Positions 17,942 through 26,755 of a stretch of 37,082 bases of DNA are shown one piece after another. The notes under the pieces were generated by a model. It was not told the DNA's origin. It did no database searches and saw nothing but the letters and a program-made list of their open reading frames with translations. Made by a program: the position numbers and the translations under genes. Numbering within the stretch: position 1 is the stretch's first letter; every line of letters begins with the position of its first letter. This DNA is from a virus (lineage: Duplodnaviria; Caudoviricetes): the IMG/VR virus record IMGVR_UViG_3300044670_001591, positions 1 to 37,082 of that record. One strand, 5' to 3'.

Positions 17942-18733
17942 TCAACGAACGTACCTATAACTCATATTGCGCACTTTGACACGAACCTGCGGGCCGTTGC
18001 TGGTAATGCGAAGCTCTGCGCTATGGAAGCCTGGTCCAGAGGGGCCAAACACTCCAACTGGCAGGCTGCTGCTAAAGGGGTCGCCTGGGTAGTACGCTGC
18101 AACGCAGGTCCAGTTGCGGTGGTCAACTAGCGTCGGGCTATTCCGATATTGGTGCTTAGTCTTTGCTCGGTCGTACACCGACAGCTGCGATGCTTTAATC
18201 TCTTGAGTGAACCGGGGGTCTGCCCTCCCATCAATGTAAAGGCGAAGCAGAACAGAGTCTTCAATGAGGTCTCCCTCACCAAAGGCAACCTTGGGCCACG
18301 CTGGGGTAAAATCCCCAATGTCCCCACCGGGGTCGTATACGTCCTTTCCCTGCGCAATGAGGCTGATTTGCCACTTGATGTATACTACCGAGGCTTCCGA
18401 GGGAATGCGGTACGTCAGGGCAGCACCTGGGATAGCCACAGCCGATGCGTTTGGTCGAGTCAGCGGGCCTTTGAATGCCGCATACCAATCCCGGTAGTAG
18501 TCTTGGTTTGCTGTAGCTCCGACAAACCCGCCGCCCGAATACGCATCTCCACGGACAGCCTCGCGCTCAAGAGGCAACGTCGCTGGGTCAAGGTTGTCTT
18601 TGTCTAGTACCCCATTGATTGCCGCTAAAGAAGCCGCTGTTGCCGCATTGGGTGTGTAGAGGTTCTGGGAAACCTCGGCAGCGTCTGCAGGGTCCCCGTC
18701 AACCTGAGTGTTGGGCAGTACGATAGTAGGCAT
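17942..18733 (-). CDS. Tail/fibre-associated virion protein (263 aa)
   Basis: Start 18733 overlaps the upstream stop (TAATG); N-terminal GDPADAAEVSQNL anchor-like motif. Confidence 0.65.
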   Translation of the reverse strand: MPTIVLPNTQVDGDPADAAEVSQNLYTPNAATAASLAAINGVLDKDNLDPATLPLEREAVRGDAYSGGGFVGATANQDYYRDWYAAFKGPLTRPNASAVAIPGAALTYRIPSEASVVYIKWQISLIAQGKDVYDPGGDIGDFTPAWPKVAFGEGDLIEDSVLLRLYIDGRADPRFTQEIKASQLSVYDRAKTKHQYRNSPTLVDHRNWTCVAAYYPGDPFSSSLPVGVFGPSGPGFHSAELRITSNGPQVRVKVRNMSYRYVR

Positions 18734-19617
18734 TACAGCACCAAATCTCCACCGCGAACGGGTTCGATTGTGATTTGGAAGTTCTTGATTCGCATTTGTC
18801 GGGAAGCGTGCTGGTCCGTAGTTGACAACCATAGCGCCGACAGCACCGCTCCAAAGATTTCACGAACGGTGCCGTTGAGGGTTCCCTCGCTCAAGTCTTC
18901 GGGTCGGATAAGTGTGGTGGTCGTCCAGGCACCCGTGTAGCCGGTCTCCGGTGAAATGCGTCGAATGGTCCGGTTTAGTACATGCCGAGTTCCGGCGCTG
19001 TCTACAATGCCGATACCCAAGTAGCAGGCGGTCTGGTAGGCGTATGCCACTTGTGTCTTGGTACCAAACACCGGACCCGTATCCCGATTAAAGTTAGGGT
19101 CGTTACTTGGTTCTGTGGCGACGGGCAGAATCAAAGTCTCTACTGATTTCACTGGGGCTTGGTAGTTTACCCAAGCCGTTGCTTTGATTCCAGCAAGCCC
19201 CGCATCCGTCATGTTGGTTGGGCCGTTTAGCACGACCTCCATGTTATTCCCGCCCTGACTAGGAATGAGCCAACCCTCTTCAGCCACGTTGCCCGCGCCC
19301 CTAGTGTAGGGTCCGTAAGGGCCTGATGGAGCAAACAACTCCAAATGGGTATGCACGCCGCCGCCATCTGCTCCTGCACCTGTAGGTAGCGTGTTGTCGT
19401 ATCGACTAACCGCCGCCCCACTAAACGGACTACCTCCCGAATACTCCGTAAACAGCGAGCCTACGTTAATCAAAGCAGGTGTTTGGGTGTGGTTAAGCCT
19501 ACGGTAGTTTAGGTCTTCCTGGCTAAGCGCATTGTACTCGTCTGCAACTTCCTGCAGTCGGTTGTCCACGCTGGCAGCGGTAAGGTCGTCCCCTTCCTCT
19601 GTTACGTTAATAGCCAT
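18733..19617 (-). CDS. Tail/fibre-associated virion protein (294 aa)
   Basis: TAATG coupling; N-terminal GDDLTAASVDNRL anchor-like motif. Confidence 0.65.
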   Translation of the reverse strand: MAINVTEEGDDLTAASVDNRLQEVADEYNALSQEDLNYRRLNHTQTPALINVGSLFTEYSGGSPFSGAAVSRYDNTLPTGAGADGGGVHTHLELFAPSGPYGPYTRGAGNVAEEGWLIPSQGGNNMEVVLNGPTNMTDAGLAGIKATAWVNYQAPVKSVETLILPVATEPSNDPNFNRDTGPVFGTKTQVAYAYQTACYLGIGIVDSAGTRHVLNRTIRRISPETGYTGAWTTTTLIRPEDLSEGTLNGTVREIFGAVLSALWLSTTDQHASRQMRIKNFQITIEPVRGGDLVL

Positions 19618-20480
19618 TACGAGTCCTCCACCAGAACGAGTTCTCTGCTTCCAACGTAGAGAGAGCCTCCAGGGTAGGCTACTTCATAACCTGACGAACG
19701 AAACTCTTCAGCGGTTTCGATGTCGCCAGCACCTAGAAAATATCTAGTTACGCCCTCAACAAGCCTAGTGACTATCCTTAACTGATGCGTGCCTGGAGCT
19801 ACGTTTAGGGTCGCCTCAAGGTGAGCCGGAAAAACAAACCCGGCTAGTCCGTACTCCATGTTGGTTCCCGCAACCGAGATGTCTAGGTCGCCAACCACCG
19901 TTTCCGCAATGACGTTTCCGTCTAGCTCTACGGCAAACAAGAAGTAAGTATTAGAGAAGTCGTAATCGTCATATACGCCAGTAGCTGGGTCTACTGGGAT
20001 TACGCCTCCCCCAGTTCCGCCCCCGACAAATACGTCTTCGGGCAGCGTCCCATTAGGAGGTCTAGTTACAACGACCGCACCGTTAATATCTTGAGTGACT
20101 GCAGTATCCGAATCTGGTCGCCAGCACTGCAAAGAGGCCGACACATCAACAGTGCCTCCCCTAGACGTAAACTCATGCACAAGGTTTCTGATAGGAACCC
20201 AAGTGTCCCTTATCTGGATTCGCTGAATGTCTGATCCAGAGTATTCTGGGTCCGTTTCGTCGCGTACATCGTCGTTGCAACTGACTGACGTTGAGAAGTA
20301 GCGCCGATGCACATCAACCGCCATGTTGGATGGCGTCAGCTGCGTTTTTAGGCTGGTGCTGAAGTTGGTTTCGTCGAGCGAGCCCAGTTCTTCAACAAAG
20401 GGCTGAGTAGCCTCTTGAAAGTCCCGGTAGTCCATGACGTTGTTGGCTCGCGGCTTACGCTTGGGAAATCGCCAGCCCAT
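19617..20480 (-). CDS. Tail/fibre-associated virion protein (287 aa)
   Basis: TGATG coupling to the nozzle gene, beta-sandwich-like C-terminus. Confidence 0.65.
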   Translation of the reverse strand: MGWRFPKRKPRANNVMDYRDFQEATQPFVEELGSLDETNFSTSLKTQLTPSNMAVDVHRRYFSTSVSCNDDVRDETDPEYSGSDIQRIQIRDTWVPIRNLVHEFTSRGGTVDVSASLQCWRPDSDTAVTQDINGAVVVTRPPNGTLPEDVFVGGGTGGGVIPVDPATGVYDDYDFSNTYFLFAVELDGNVIAETVVGDLDISVAGTNMEYGLAGFVFPAHLEATLNVAPGTHQLRIVTRLVEGVTRYFLGAGDIETAEEFRSSGYEVAYPGGSLYVGSRELVLVEDS

Positions 20481-22747
20481 CAGTAGCTCCCCTGCATCTT
20501 GGCTCCGCCACCATAGCTATCCCGCTCTTCGTAGATTGCCATGACGAACTCCCAATCACCTGTACCTGTGATTCGGAACTTGAACGTCTCGCAGGCAGGA
20601 ATGTCGATGTCTTCCTTGGCCCAGTAGTTTCTGCGCCGAACCCAGTAGTTGGTGAAGGTGCCGCACCGTTCACGCTCAACGTGCTTACCCGCCAGCACAG
20701 TCTGGTCCCAGAAGGGTGTGAACTCTTCTGCCTCGGCGTATCGCTTGACCTCGGGTTCAGTCTGTAGAGCCGGGTAGGCCCGTCCGTCGCGGAATGTCTC
20801 AAGCGTTAGCGTGTCGTCTCGGGTAGCCCGCAGCCAGAACCTGGCCACCTTGGGAGATGCGTTTCGGTACGACCTTCCGTTGCGCAACCACACAGTCTCG
20901 TAGATGGACGTCACAGGGTCCGTAGGGTCCGTTCCGTCCCCGTCATGGTCTAGGACCCACAGGCTGTTCTTTCGCACGCTAGACACGCTTGCAGAGCCCA
21001 AGGCCAGCATCAGCTGCCGCTCGTCTCGAGTCACACACATAGCTGCGGCATACACATCATCTCGAGTACGCCAGCCCAAATCGTCAAAGATGACCATCAG
21101 GTTGTTGACTTTGCTACCGTCAATGGGGACGGCACAGCGGTACTCACCCGAGGTCGGGTCTACCGCAGCGCATGCGCCGATTCGGTAGCCCTTGTTGATT
21201 CGACGAATAACGGTGTCTTCAATGTTGTCCGAAATGCGAACCACGTCGGCTCCGTCGTAGCCGTAAAACCCCTCTCGGCCCAACCAAACCGTAGTCCCGT
21301 TGGGCAGGCTTTGGATGCTGCTCGGGGCCACGCACCCAACCGAAGGGTGCAGGGTGGCGCTGATGTATCCATCCCCCACCTCGTTCGGCGCGATAATGAA
21401 GGTGGCAGTAGCCGTGAACACCAGCATACGCCCAGCTACGGCGTACATGCCCGTAATGGGGTTGCCTTGGGTGTTAGTCCAAATACCCAAGTCTTTAGGG
21501 AAAGTGCCCCACTGAAAGGGATTTGAGGGGCGTACAAGGCCTGGTTGATCGGCATCGTTGACCCAGAGCCTTCCGTCGAACTGCGTTGCAAGGGTCATGC
21601 GTGGCACAGGGTCGTAGTCCTGCATCGGAGAGACAAGCCAGCTGTCTGGGATATTGTCTGGGAAGGTGTCTGTGACATTATCCGGCAGGGTTGCGAAGTC
21701 GTAGGAGCCCGAGGTGGAGTAGTTTGAGATTACGAACACGTCAGGAATGCCGCTGTTTTTCAAATCACGGGTACGGCCAAGCAATCGTCCAATCGTCCCT
21801 ACGGGGCCTGGATTGATGCCAGCCCACGCTACTTGAAACCTAAGCACGGACGCAGGTTCGTCTTTGTCACGCTTACGGTCTTTGGTCAGGTTGTTTTCCG
21901 TAGTGCATGTGGCAGGCTCTGACAGTCCCGACATCGGAGACACGTTGCCGAAGTGGTCCACCCACTGCACAGCTGCTCGCCATTCCCCATCCTCAAGCGT
22001 TCCACCAAGGGCATTGCTCTTAGCACCGCTTGCGGTGTCCAATGCTTGGTTGTTGATGGTGCCTAAGCGGTTGTTTCCCCAAAACTCTGGAGAGTTCGTT
22101 GTCTGGTGAGAGTATCCCCCGGAGTTCGCAGTTTTATCGGCCTCCGCAGGTGTATCGTCTCCAGACGGTCCTGCGTTGTCCGAAACGGGGTCGGTAGTTT
22201 GCTTGGGCGCAAAGGTTTGCGGAGGTGCTGGGATTTGGTCAAAGCCCAGTGGCAGGATAATCTCCCCGTCCGTGAACAGTGCTCGGTCTCCTTGGGGAAT
22301 GATTACAACCCCGTTAGGTAGCGCAACGAACTGCGTAGGGGGTCCCGGCCTTCTGTTAGCCGCTGTCACATTGCCTAGAATGGCTCGCTGACTTGGGTAG
22401 TTTAAGATACCTGCTGCCGTTCCAGGCTTTGTCAGGATCTCAATCCAACTCTGTGTGGGGCCGTTGAACCTGTAGATTGCCTCGCCCCACTGCGCCAGCA
22501 GAATGTCCCTTCCGTTAACCACGGCGTGGAACACACCCTTGAGCGGGCCGTCGTAGGTGTAACTTGTGCCAGCGCCTGGAAGGTTTCGGGGGCGGTACTC
22601 GACAGGCCCCACAACCGTCCTCAACGTGCCGTATTCGGTAAGCACAAAGTTGTGCAGCCGCCCTGCCAACTCCTCTGGTGCGAAGAGTTGGTCAGAGGCC
22701 GCTGCCGCTGTGCCTGTACGGTTGTTGAGGAGGTCGTGGGTCCACAT
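20480..22747 (-). CDS. Tail nozzle / head-closure (DNA stabilization) protein, P22 gp10 / T7 gp12-like beta-propeller (755 aa)
   Basis: NFVLTEYGTL at the N-terminus, FDGRLW, ITGM...MLVFT, VGCVAPSSI, VWLGREGFY..DG..V.RISDNI propeller pattern, and position after the adaptor. Confidence 0.75.
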   Translation of the reverse strand: MWTHDLLNNRTGTAAAASDQLFAPEELAGRLHNFVLTEYGTLRTVVGPVEYRPRNLPGAGTSYTYDGPLKGVFHAVVNGRDILLAQWGEAIYRFNGPTQSWIEILTKPGTAAGILNYPSQRAILGNVTAANRRPGPPTQFVALPNGVVIIPQGDRALFTDGEIILPLGFDQIPAPPQTFAPKQTTDPVSDNAGPSGDDTPAEADKTANSGGYSHQTTNSPEFWGNNRLGTINNQALDTASGAKSNALGGTLEDGEWRAAVQWVDHFGNVSPMSGLSEPATCTTENNLTKDRKRDKDEPASVLRFQVAWAGINPGPVGTIGRLLGRTRDLKNSGIPDVFVISNYSTSGSYDFATLPDNVTDTFPDNIPDSWLVSPMQDYDPVPRMTLATQFDGRLWVNDADQPGLVRPSNPFQWGTFPKDLGIWTNTQGNPITGMYAVAGRMLVFTATATFIIAPNEVGDGYISATLHPSVGCVAPSSIQSLPNGTTVWLGREGFYGYDGADVVRISDNIEDTVIRRINKGYRIGACAAVDPTSGEYRCAVPIDGSKVNNLMVIFDDLGWRTRDDVYAAAMCVTRDERQLMLALGSASVSSVRKNSLWVLDHDGDGTDPTDPVTSIYETVWLRNGRSYRNASPKVARFWLRATRDDTLTLETFRDGRAYPALQTEPEVKRYAEAEEFTPFWDQTVLAGKHVERERCGTFTNYWVRRRNYWAKEDIDIPACETFKFRITGTGDWEFVMAIYEERDSYGGGAKMQGSY

Positions 22748-22752
22748 CTTCC

Positions 22753-23304
22753 CTACTTAGCTGCAGGTGCCGAGGCTTTGTTCTTTTCGCGCAGCAGCTT
22801 GGCAGCGGTCTTCGCAGCCTGCGAGGCTCCCGTCTTCTCGCCTTCCGCAGCGAGCGATTCAAAGCGGGACTTGACCTCGCCCCAGCCCATGCCGAAGGGC
22901 TTGCCAACTTCGCTCCAACGAGCGCCCTCGGCAACCCGCTTGACAAGCACGTCGTCGGTGAGTTCGCTCTTCTGCACAGCGCGCTCGAGGTCGGCCACAC
23001 GGTCCATGGCCACAGCCAGCTGGCGCTTCAGCGAAGCGTTCTGGGTCTCGACAATGTCGCCTGCGCTGATGCGCTCGGCAAGCTCTTCGGGCTTGGCAAC
23101 CAAGGCCCAACCAGCCATGATTTCGTCGCCCTCGATGAACTCAAGGGCATATGCCTGCTCGGCTTGGCGGGCGAGGCCAACTAGGCGTCCACCAACCATG
23201 CGCTTCGTGGCGTAAACCAGCACGCGCTCGGGCAGACCAGTGTGGGGGTCGTGGCGCTCGTAAACGCCGCCGCAAATCAAGGGTACGGTCATCTTTTCTG
23301 ACAT
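22753..23304 (-). CDS. Protein with coiled coil and C-terminal helix-turn-helix (183 aa)
   Basis: AGGAG RBS; EGARWSEVGKPFGMGWGEVKSRF matches the G.sW.eiG..lG.s......Rf HTH pattern. Confidence 0.6.
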   Translation of the reverse strand: MSEKMTVPLICGGVYERHDPHTGLPERVLVYATKRMVGGRLVGLARQAEQAYALEFIEGDEIMAGWALVAKPEELAERISAGDIVETQNASLKRQLAVAMDRVADLERAVQKSELTDDVLVKRVAEGARWSEVGKPFGMGWGEVKSRFESLAAEGEKTGASQAAKTAAKLLREKNKASAPAAK

Positions 23305-23331
23305 TGCACTTCTCCTTAGAGGGGCTACCTG

Positions 23332-23360
23332 TCTGTATTACCGACAAACCTTGATGTCAA
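23332..23360 (-). promoter_or_regulatory. Putative sigma70-type promoter TTGACA-N17-TACAGA
   Basis: Perfect -35 with 17-bp spacer in the gap upstream of 23304; the -10 lacks the final T. Confidence 0.45.
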
Positions 23361-24850
23361 GAGATGGGGTCTTCAGAGTAGATGTACCTGCGGGTGTATC
23401 GGCGTCCGCGAACTCGAGCCGGTTGGCGCTGCCGAGGCACGTTGGAAGGCTTGCCGAGACCGTAGTTCTTGCGAATGTTCTGCAGGGCTGCAGAGTATTC
23501 GTAGGCTGTGTTGGCCTTCATAGACGCATTGCCCATGCTCTCGTACAAGAACATCAGCGTGCGCGTCAGCAGGGCCTCCATGGCCACCTCTGGCAGGCGC
23601 GGTGCATCGGTGTCGGTCTCGAGCCGGGGTGGGGCCAGCGTGACACGCAGCATCATGTCGTACCGCTGGTCGGGCGGAGGGTACATCTCAAGGTGCTGGA
23701 ACTGGTGGTTGTCCTGCATCGCTGCGCCGAGGTCAGGCAAAACTGACCCGTTGTCCGTAAATGAGGTCACGTTACCTGGCACTTCGCTGAGAAGGTAGAA
23801 ACGCTCCCGAACTTCGACGGTGTTCGACGGGTCCGACAGGCGGCGAACGTAGATGCGCTTGCGGAGGCCAGGTCGGTTGTAGCGCAGCGTTCCTGCATCG
23901 TCGAAGCCCAACATCTTGGTGATGTTCGGCAGGCTCAAGGTGACCACCCCACCAGCCTCGACATCTGCAACTGCGCTGATTTCCGAGGGCGGGCTCTCAA
24001 TCCAGGGCACGTTACGGCTGTTCTCGATTGAGGTCGCAGCATTTTGCGACGGCCCACCGCTGTTATCCCACTGCTCACCACGACCCCAAACGTAGGTGAC
24101 GCAGTATTCAAACTTACCGGCGGGTCGCTCGCCTACCCACACGCCAATGGCATCTGTGGTGATGTTCGGTGTGTAGGCCGGTGCCGACAAACGCGCAGGC
24201 GGGCGTCGGAACAACTTGCGGGGTGGTCCTGTGGGCAGCAGCTGACCAGGGCGGATGGAGGCGAAAGCCTCTGCGCTACCCTGGAACTCAAAGTCCAGCG
24301 GGTAGCTAATGCCGTCGCGCAGCATGTGGCAAGCCTTCACGCGAATGACGTCTGCGGGCAGTCGCAGAACGTGTGCGTAAATCTTCCAGTCGATGTCCGT
24401 GATACCTGCGCCACCGGGGTACGGCTGTGTCAGTGTGATGTACCTGACGTTGGTACCCGAGTCTACCCAAGCCTCGCGGATAGTGAACAGCTGCCACTGC
24501 AAATCGTCGGGGGCCTTGAGGTGAATCTGACGGCCATCCCAATCAACGTCCTCTTCCCACGGCGTTGCATTTGGGTCGGTGGACAGCAGCGTCATGCGCA
24601 GAACCCAAGGGTCCGACGTAGTCTCAAACGTGTCGGTCGTCACCTTTGGTGTGACGTCCTTGTAGACGGGCGTCTGAATCAACGCCTCGTCAAACAGGAA
24701 CGGCACGTCCTTGGCAAGCTCAAGCAAGGCTCGGTTGATGAACCCATTGAGGATGCTCACCGCTCGAGGTGAGTTCTTGGGTTTCCAATCCGCAACGCCC
24801 CAAACGTGGTCGCGGATTCCCCGGCGATTCATGGTTTCGATGCGGCTCAT
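23357..24850 (-). CDS. Head-tail adaptor (P22 gp4 / T7 gp11-like) with inserted beta domains (497 aa)
   Basis: LNGFINRALLEL at the N-terminus, LPADVIRV, LEMYPPPD...LETDTDAPRLPE...EALL at the C-terminus, position after the capsid genes. Confidence 0.75.
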   Translation of the reverse strand: MSRIETMNRRGIRDHVWGVADWKPKNSPRAVSILNGFINRALLELAKDVPFLFDEALIQTPVYKDVTPKVTTDTFETTSDPWVLRMTLLSTDPNATPWEEDVDWDGRQIHLKAPDDLQWQLFTIREAWVDSGTNVRYITLTQPYPGGAGITDIDWKIYAHVLRLPADVIRVKACHMLRDGISYPLDFEFQGSAEAFASIRPGQLLPTGPPRKLFRRPPARLSAPAYTPNITTDAIGVWVGERPAGKFEYCVTYVWGRGEQWDNSGGPSQNAATSIENSRNVPWIESPPSEISAVADVEAGGVVTLSLPNITKMLGFDDAGTLRYNRPGLRKRIYVRRLSDPSNTVEVRERFYLLSEVPGNVTSFTDNGSVLPDLGAAMQDNHQFQHLEMYPPPDQRYDMMLRVTLAPPRLETDTDAPRLPEVAMEALLTRTLMFLYESMGNASMKANTAYEYSAALQNIRKNYGLGKPSNVPRQRQPARVRGRRYTRRYIYSEDPIS

Positions 24851-24856
24851 GCTTAC

Positions 24857-24885
24857 CCTCTAACACGCTAGTCTAAAAGCAACAA
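24857..24885 (-). promoter_or_regulatory. Putative promoter TTGTTG-N15-GTTAGAGG
   Basis: Recurrent motif overlapping the terminator U-tract. Confidence 0.55.
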
Positions 24886-24910
24886 AGGCCACCCCGCAAT
24901 GGGGTGGCCT
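24875..24910 (-). terminator. Rho-independent terminator after the capsid/cement genes
   Basis: 10-bp stem aggccacccc/ggggtggcct with 5-nt loop, followed by TTGTTGCTTTT on the minus strand. Confidence 0.8.
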
Positions 24911-24931
24911 AGTGTTCACGCAGAGGGCGGA

Positions 24932-25561
24932 TTAGCCGAGGGCGTGAATCGAAGCGTCCACCAGCGAGGCACCGGGCACGGTCTCAAGCGAGAGGCCGTA
25001 GGTCGGCACACCGGCAGCAGCGGTCGCGGCCTCACCAGTCGTGGTGGCCAGCAGGTCTCCCTGAGCCAGAGCCCCAGCGGACTTGACCTTACCCACGCCA
25101 GCGCAGAGCACCCAAGCGTAGTTGGTGTTGGGAATGTTCCACTGCGCCACGCCGATGACCTTGCTCGCATCGGTAGCCTTGAGGACCACCATCGCGCCAG
25201 CGGCAGTGACATCAAGCATAACCGCTTCACCTCGAGCAATCGCCTCACCAGCCTGGACGTAAATCCAAGTCTGGCCACCCGCGTTTGCGGGCGAAACGAA
25301 CTTCTCGATGGAGCCAGCGGCAACCAGCGTGTTGATGTTGGTCAGGTCGGAGTAGCCCGGCCCCGCGAACACGTCACCTGCCACCAAACCGGCGGGAGGG
25401 GTCGCGGTCGCAATGTACGCAATCGTGTCGTCCGACGAAGACGCCGAGAAGTCCACCCGCGTACCGAGGACGTGCTGCTGTCCAGGGCCAGCTTCCGGCG
25501 TCGCGGCGGGAGCCTTGACGTCGTGAAGTGCTGCATCTTGAGTGAGGGAGATAGGACCCAT
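24932..25561 (-). CDS. Capsid cement/decoration protein (DUF2190-like beta-tulip; 209 aa)
   Basis: WIYVQAGEAIARG...VIGVA...YAWV...G...GALAQGDLL; immediately after the MCP. Confidence 0.75.
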   Translation of the reverse strand: MGPISLTQDAALHDVKAPAATPEAGPGQQHVLGTRVDFSASSSDDTIAYIATATPPAGLVAGDVFAGPGYSDLTNINTLVAAGSIEKFVSPANAGGQTWIYVQAGEAIARGEAVMLDVTAAGAMVVLKATDASKVIGVAQWNIPNTNYAWVLCAGVGKVKSAGALAQGDLLATTTGEAATAAAGVPTYGLSLETVPGASLVDASIHALG

Positions 25562-25591
25562 TTTTCACTTGCCTCTTTGGAAGTGGGTTGA

Positions 25592-26674
25592 TTACTCGAC
25601 TGCGCCGCCGGTAACCGCACCGTGAACCCGGAGGTTCTTGGTGTAGATACCGCGCGAGAGAACGAACTCGTAACGCCAAGCCTCTTGGTCCTGCAGGCGG
25701 TCGCCGCCGCGCAGAGCGAAGTTGCCGTCGGTCTCCATCTTGGAGTTGCCACCCTGGTGCATCATCTCCATAGCCTTGGAGTGAATCAGGTAGCAGACAC
25801 CGTTCTGGGCTTCCGGCGTTTGGAAGGCGGTGAGGTCAATGTTGCGCTCGCGGTACATCGTCGCAGCGCCAGCCGCGAAGGGCAGGCCACGGCGGAGGTC
25901 CTTGGCGGGCGTCGGAGAGCCGGCGCTGACGTCCTTGTTCACCAGTCGAATGTGCGGCAGAACGCTGTCCGCGTAGTTCTCGTAGGTGAAGGGGTCGGCA
26001 AGGATAAGGTCAACCGGACCCTCGGACTCCATCATCTGGTCGCTGGAGTCGTTGTAGACGGTCTGGAGAACCTTGTTGCCGTCGGCAGCGAAGGAGGTGA
26101 TGTGCCCGTACTGGCTGTGCCAGTTCGGGATGCTGTTGCGGGCCACACCGAAAACGGTGCCGGTCTGCGACAGGGGCGGGGCGAAGGCCAACATTCCCTG
26201 GCTCGCCTCGACACCGCGAGGGTCGAAGGAAGCGTCACCGTTCAAGGTGGGGAAGGTGTCGGCGTCGGTCACGTCGCCCGTGCAGAACTGGCGAGCCAGC
26301 ATCTGGCAGAACTCGGAGAGCGCCGTGGTCGGGTATTCCTTGATAAGGCCGACGACGTCGTCCTCGTCCGCCAAGTCGCGGAGGTCCTGACCGGGCAGGT
26401 CCCAAGCGTAAATGAGCGTGGCGCAGTAGGCCCGCCCGCGAATCGCGTTCTGACGGCGACCGCCGCGAATGCGCTCGTCACCCTGAACAATCTTGTTCAG
26501 ACGACCGGGGCCGCTGGGAACGAGGGTGAACTCGGTGTACCGCTTGGTCAACTTCTTGGAGGGCTTGTTCTTAACCAGCGTCATGAACGCCGGGTTCCAA
26601 GTGTCGAAAGTGGTGCTAAACGAGGGCTCCAGCTTGTACAGGCTGGACCGGATTACGTCGTGGCTGAAACCCAT
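25592..26674 (-). CDS. Major capsid protein (HK97 fold, 360 aa)
   Basis: Follows the scaffold, strong GC3 bias, VDLILADP..YENY and C-terminal NLRVHGAV motifs, own promoter. Confidence 0.85.
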   Translation of the reverse strand: MGFSHDVIRSSLYKLEPSFSTTFDTWNPAFMTLVKNKPSKKLTKRYTEFTLVPSGPGRLNKIVQGDERIRGGRRQNAIRGRAYCATLIYAWDLPGQDLRDLADEDDVVGLIKEYPTTALSEFCQMLARQFCTGDVTDADTFPTLNGDASFDPRGVEASQGMLAFAPPLSQTGTVFGVARNSIPNWHSQYGHITSFAADGNKVLQTVYNDSSDQMMESEGPVDLILADPFTYENYADSVLPHIRLVNKDVSAGSPTPAKDLRRGLPFAAGAATMYRERNIDLTAFQTPEAQNGVCYLIHSKAMEMMHQGGNSKMETDGNFALRGGDRLQDQEAWRYEFVLSRGIYTKNLRVHGAVTGGAVE

Positions 26675-26717
26675 TGGTCACTCGCTCCTAGAGGGGTTGT
26701 CCGATTAGGGTGATGTC

Positions 26718-26747
26718 CACATAACACACCACCTTAAAAATCGCCAA
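26718..26747 (-). promoter_or_regulatory. Putative MCP promoter TTGGCG-N16-GTTATGTG
   Basis: Recurrent motif with spacing one base longer. Confidence 0.6.
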
Positions 26748-26755
26748 CCCGCTAT

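Noticed and set aside
25342-25752. Programmed frameshift or readthrough extending the capsid protein
   Set aside because: No clear slippery heptamer at the MCP 3' end; the downstream cement gene has its own RBS.
25622-26713. 363-aa plus-strand ORF
   Set aside because: Antisense shadow of the major capsid gene.
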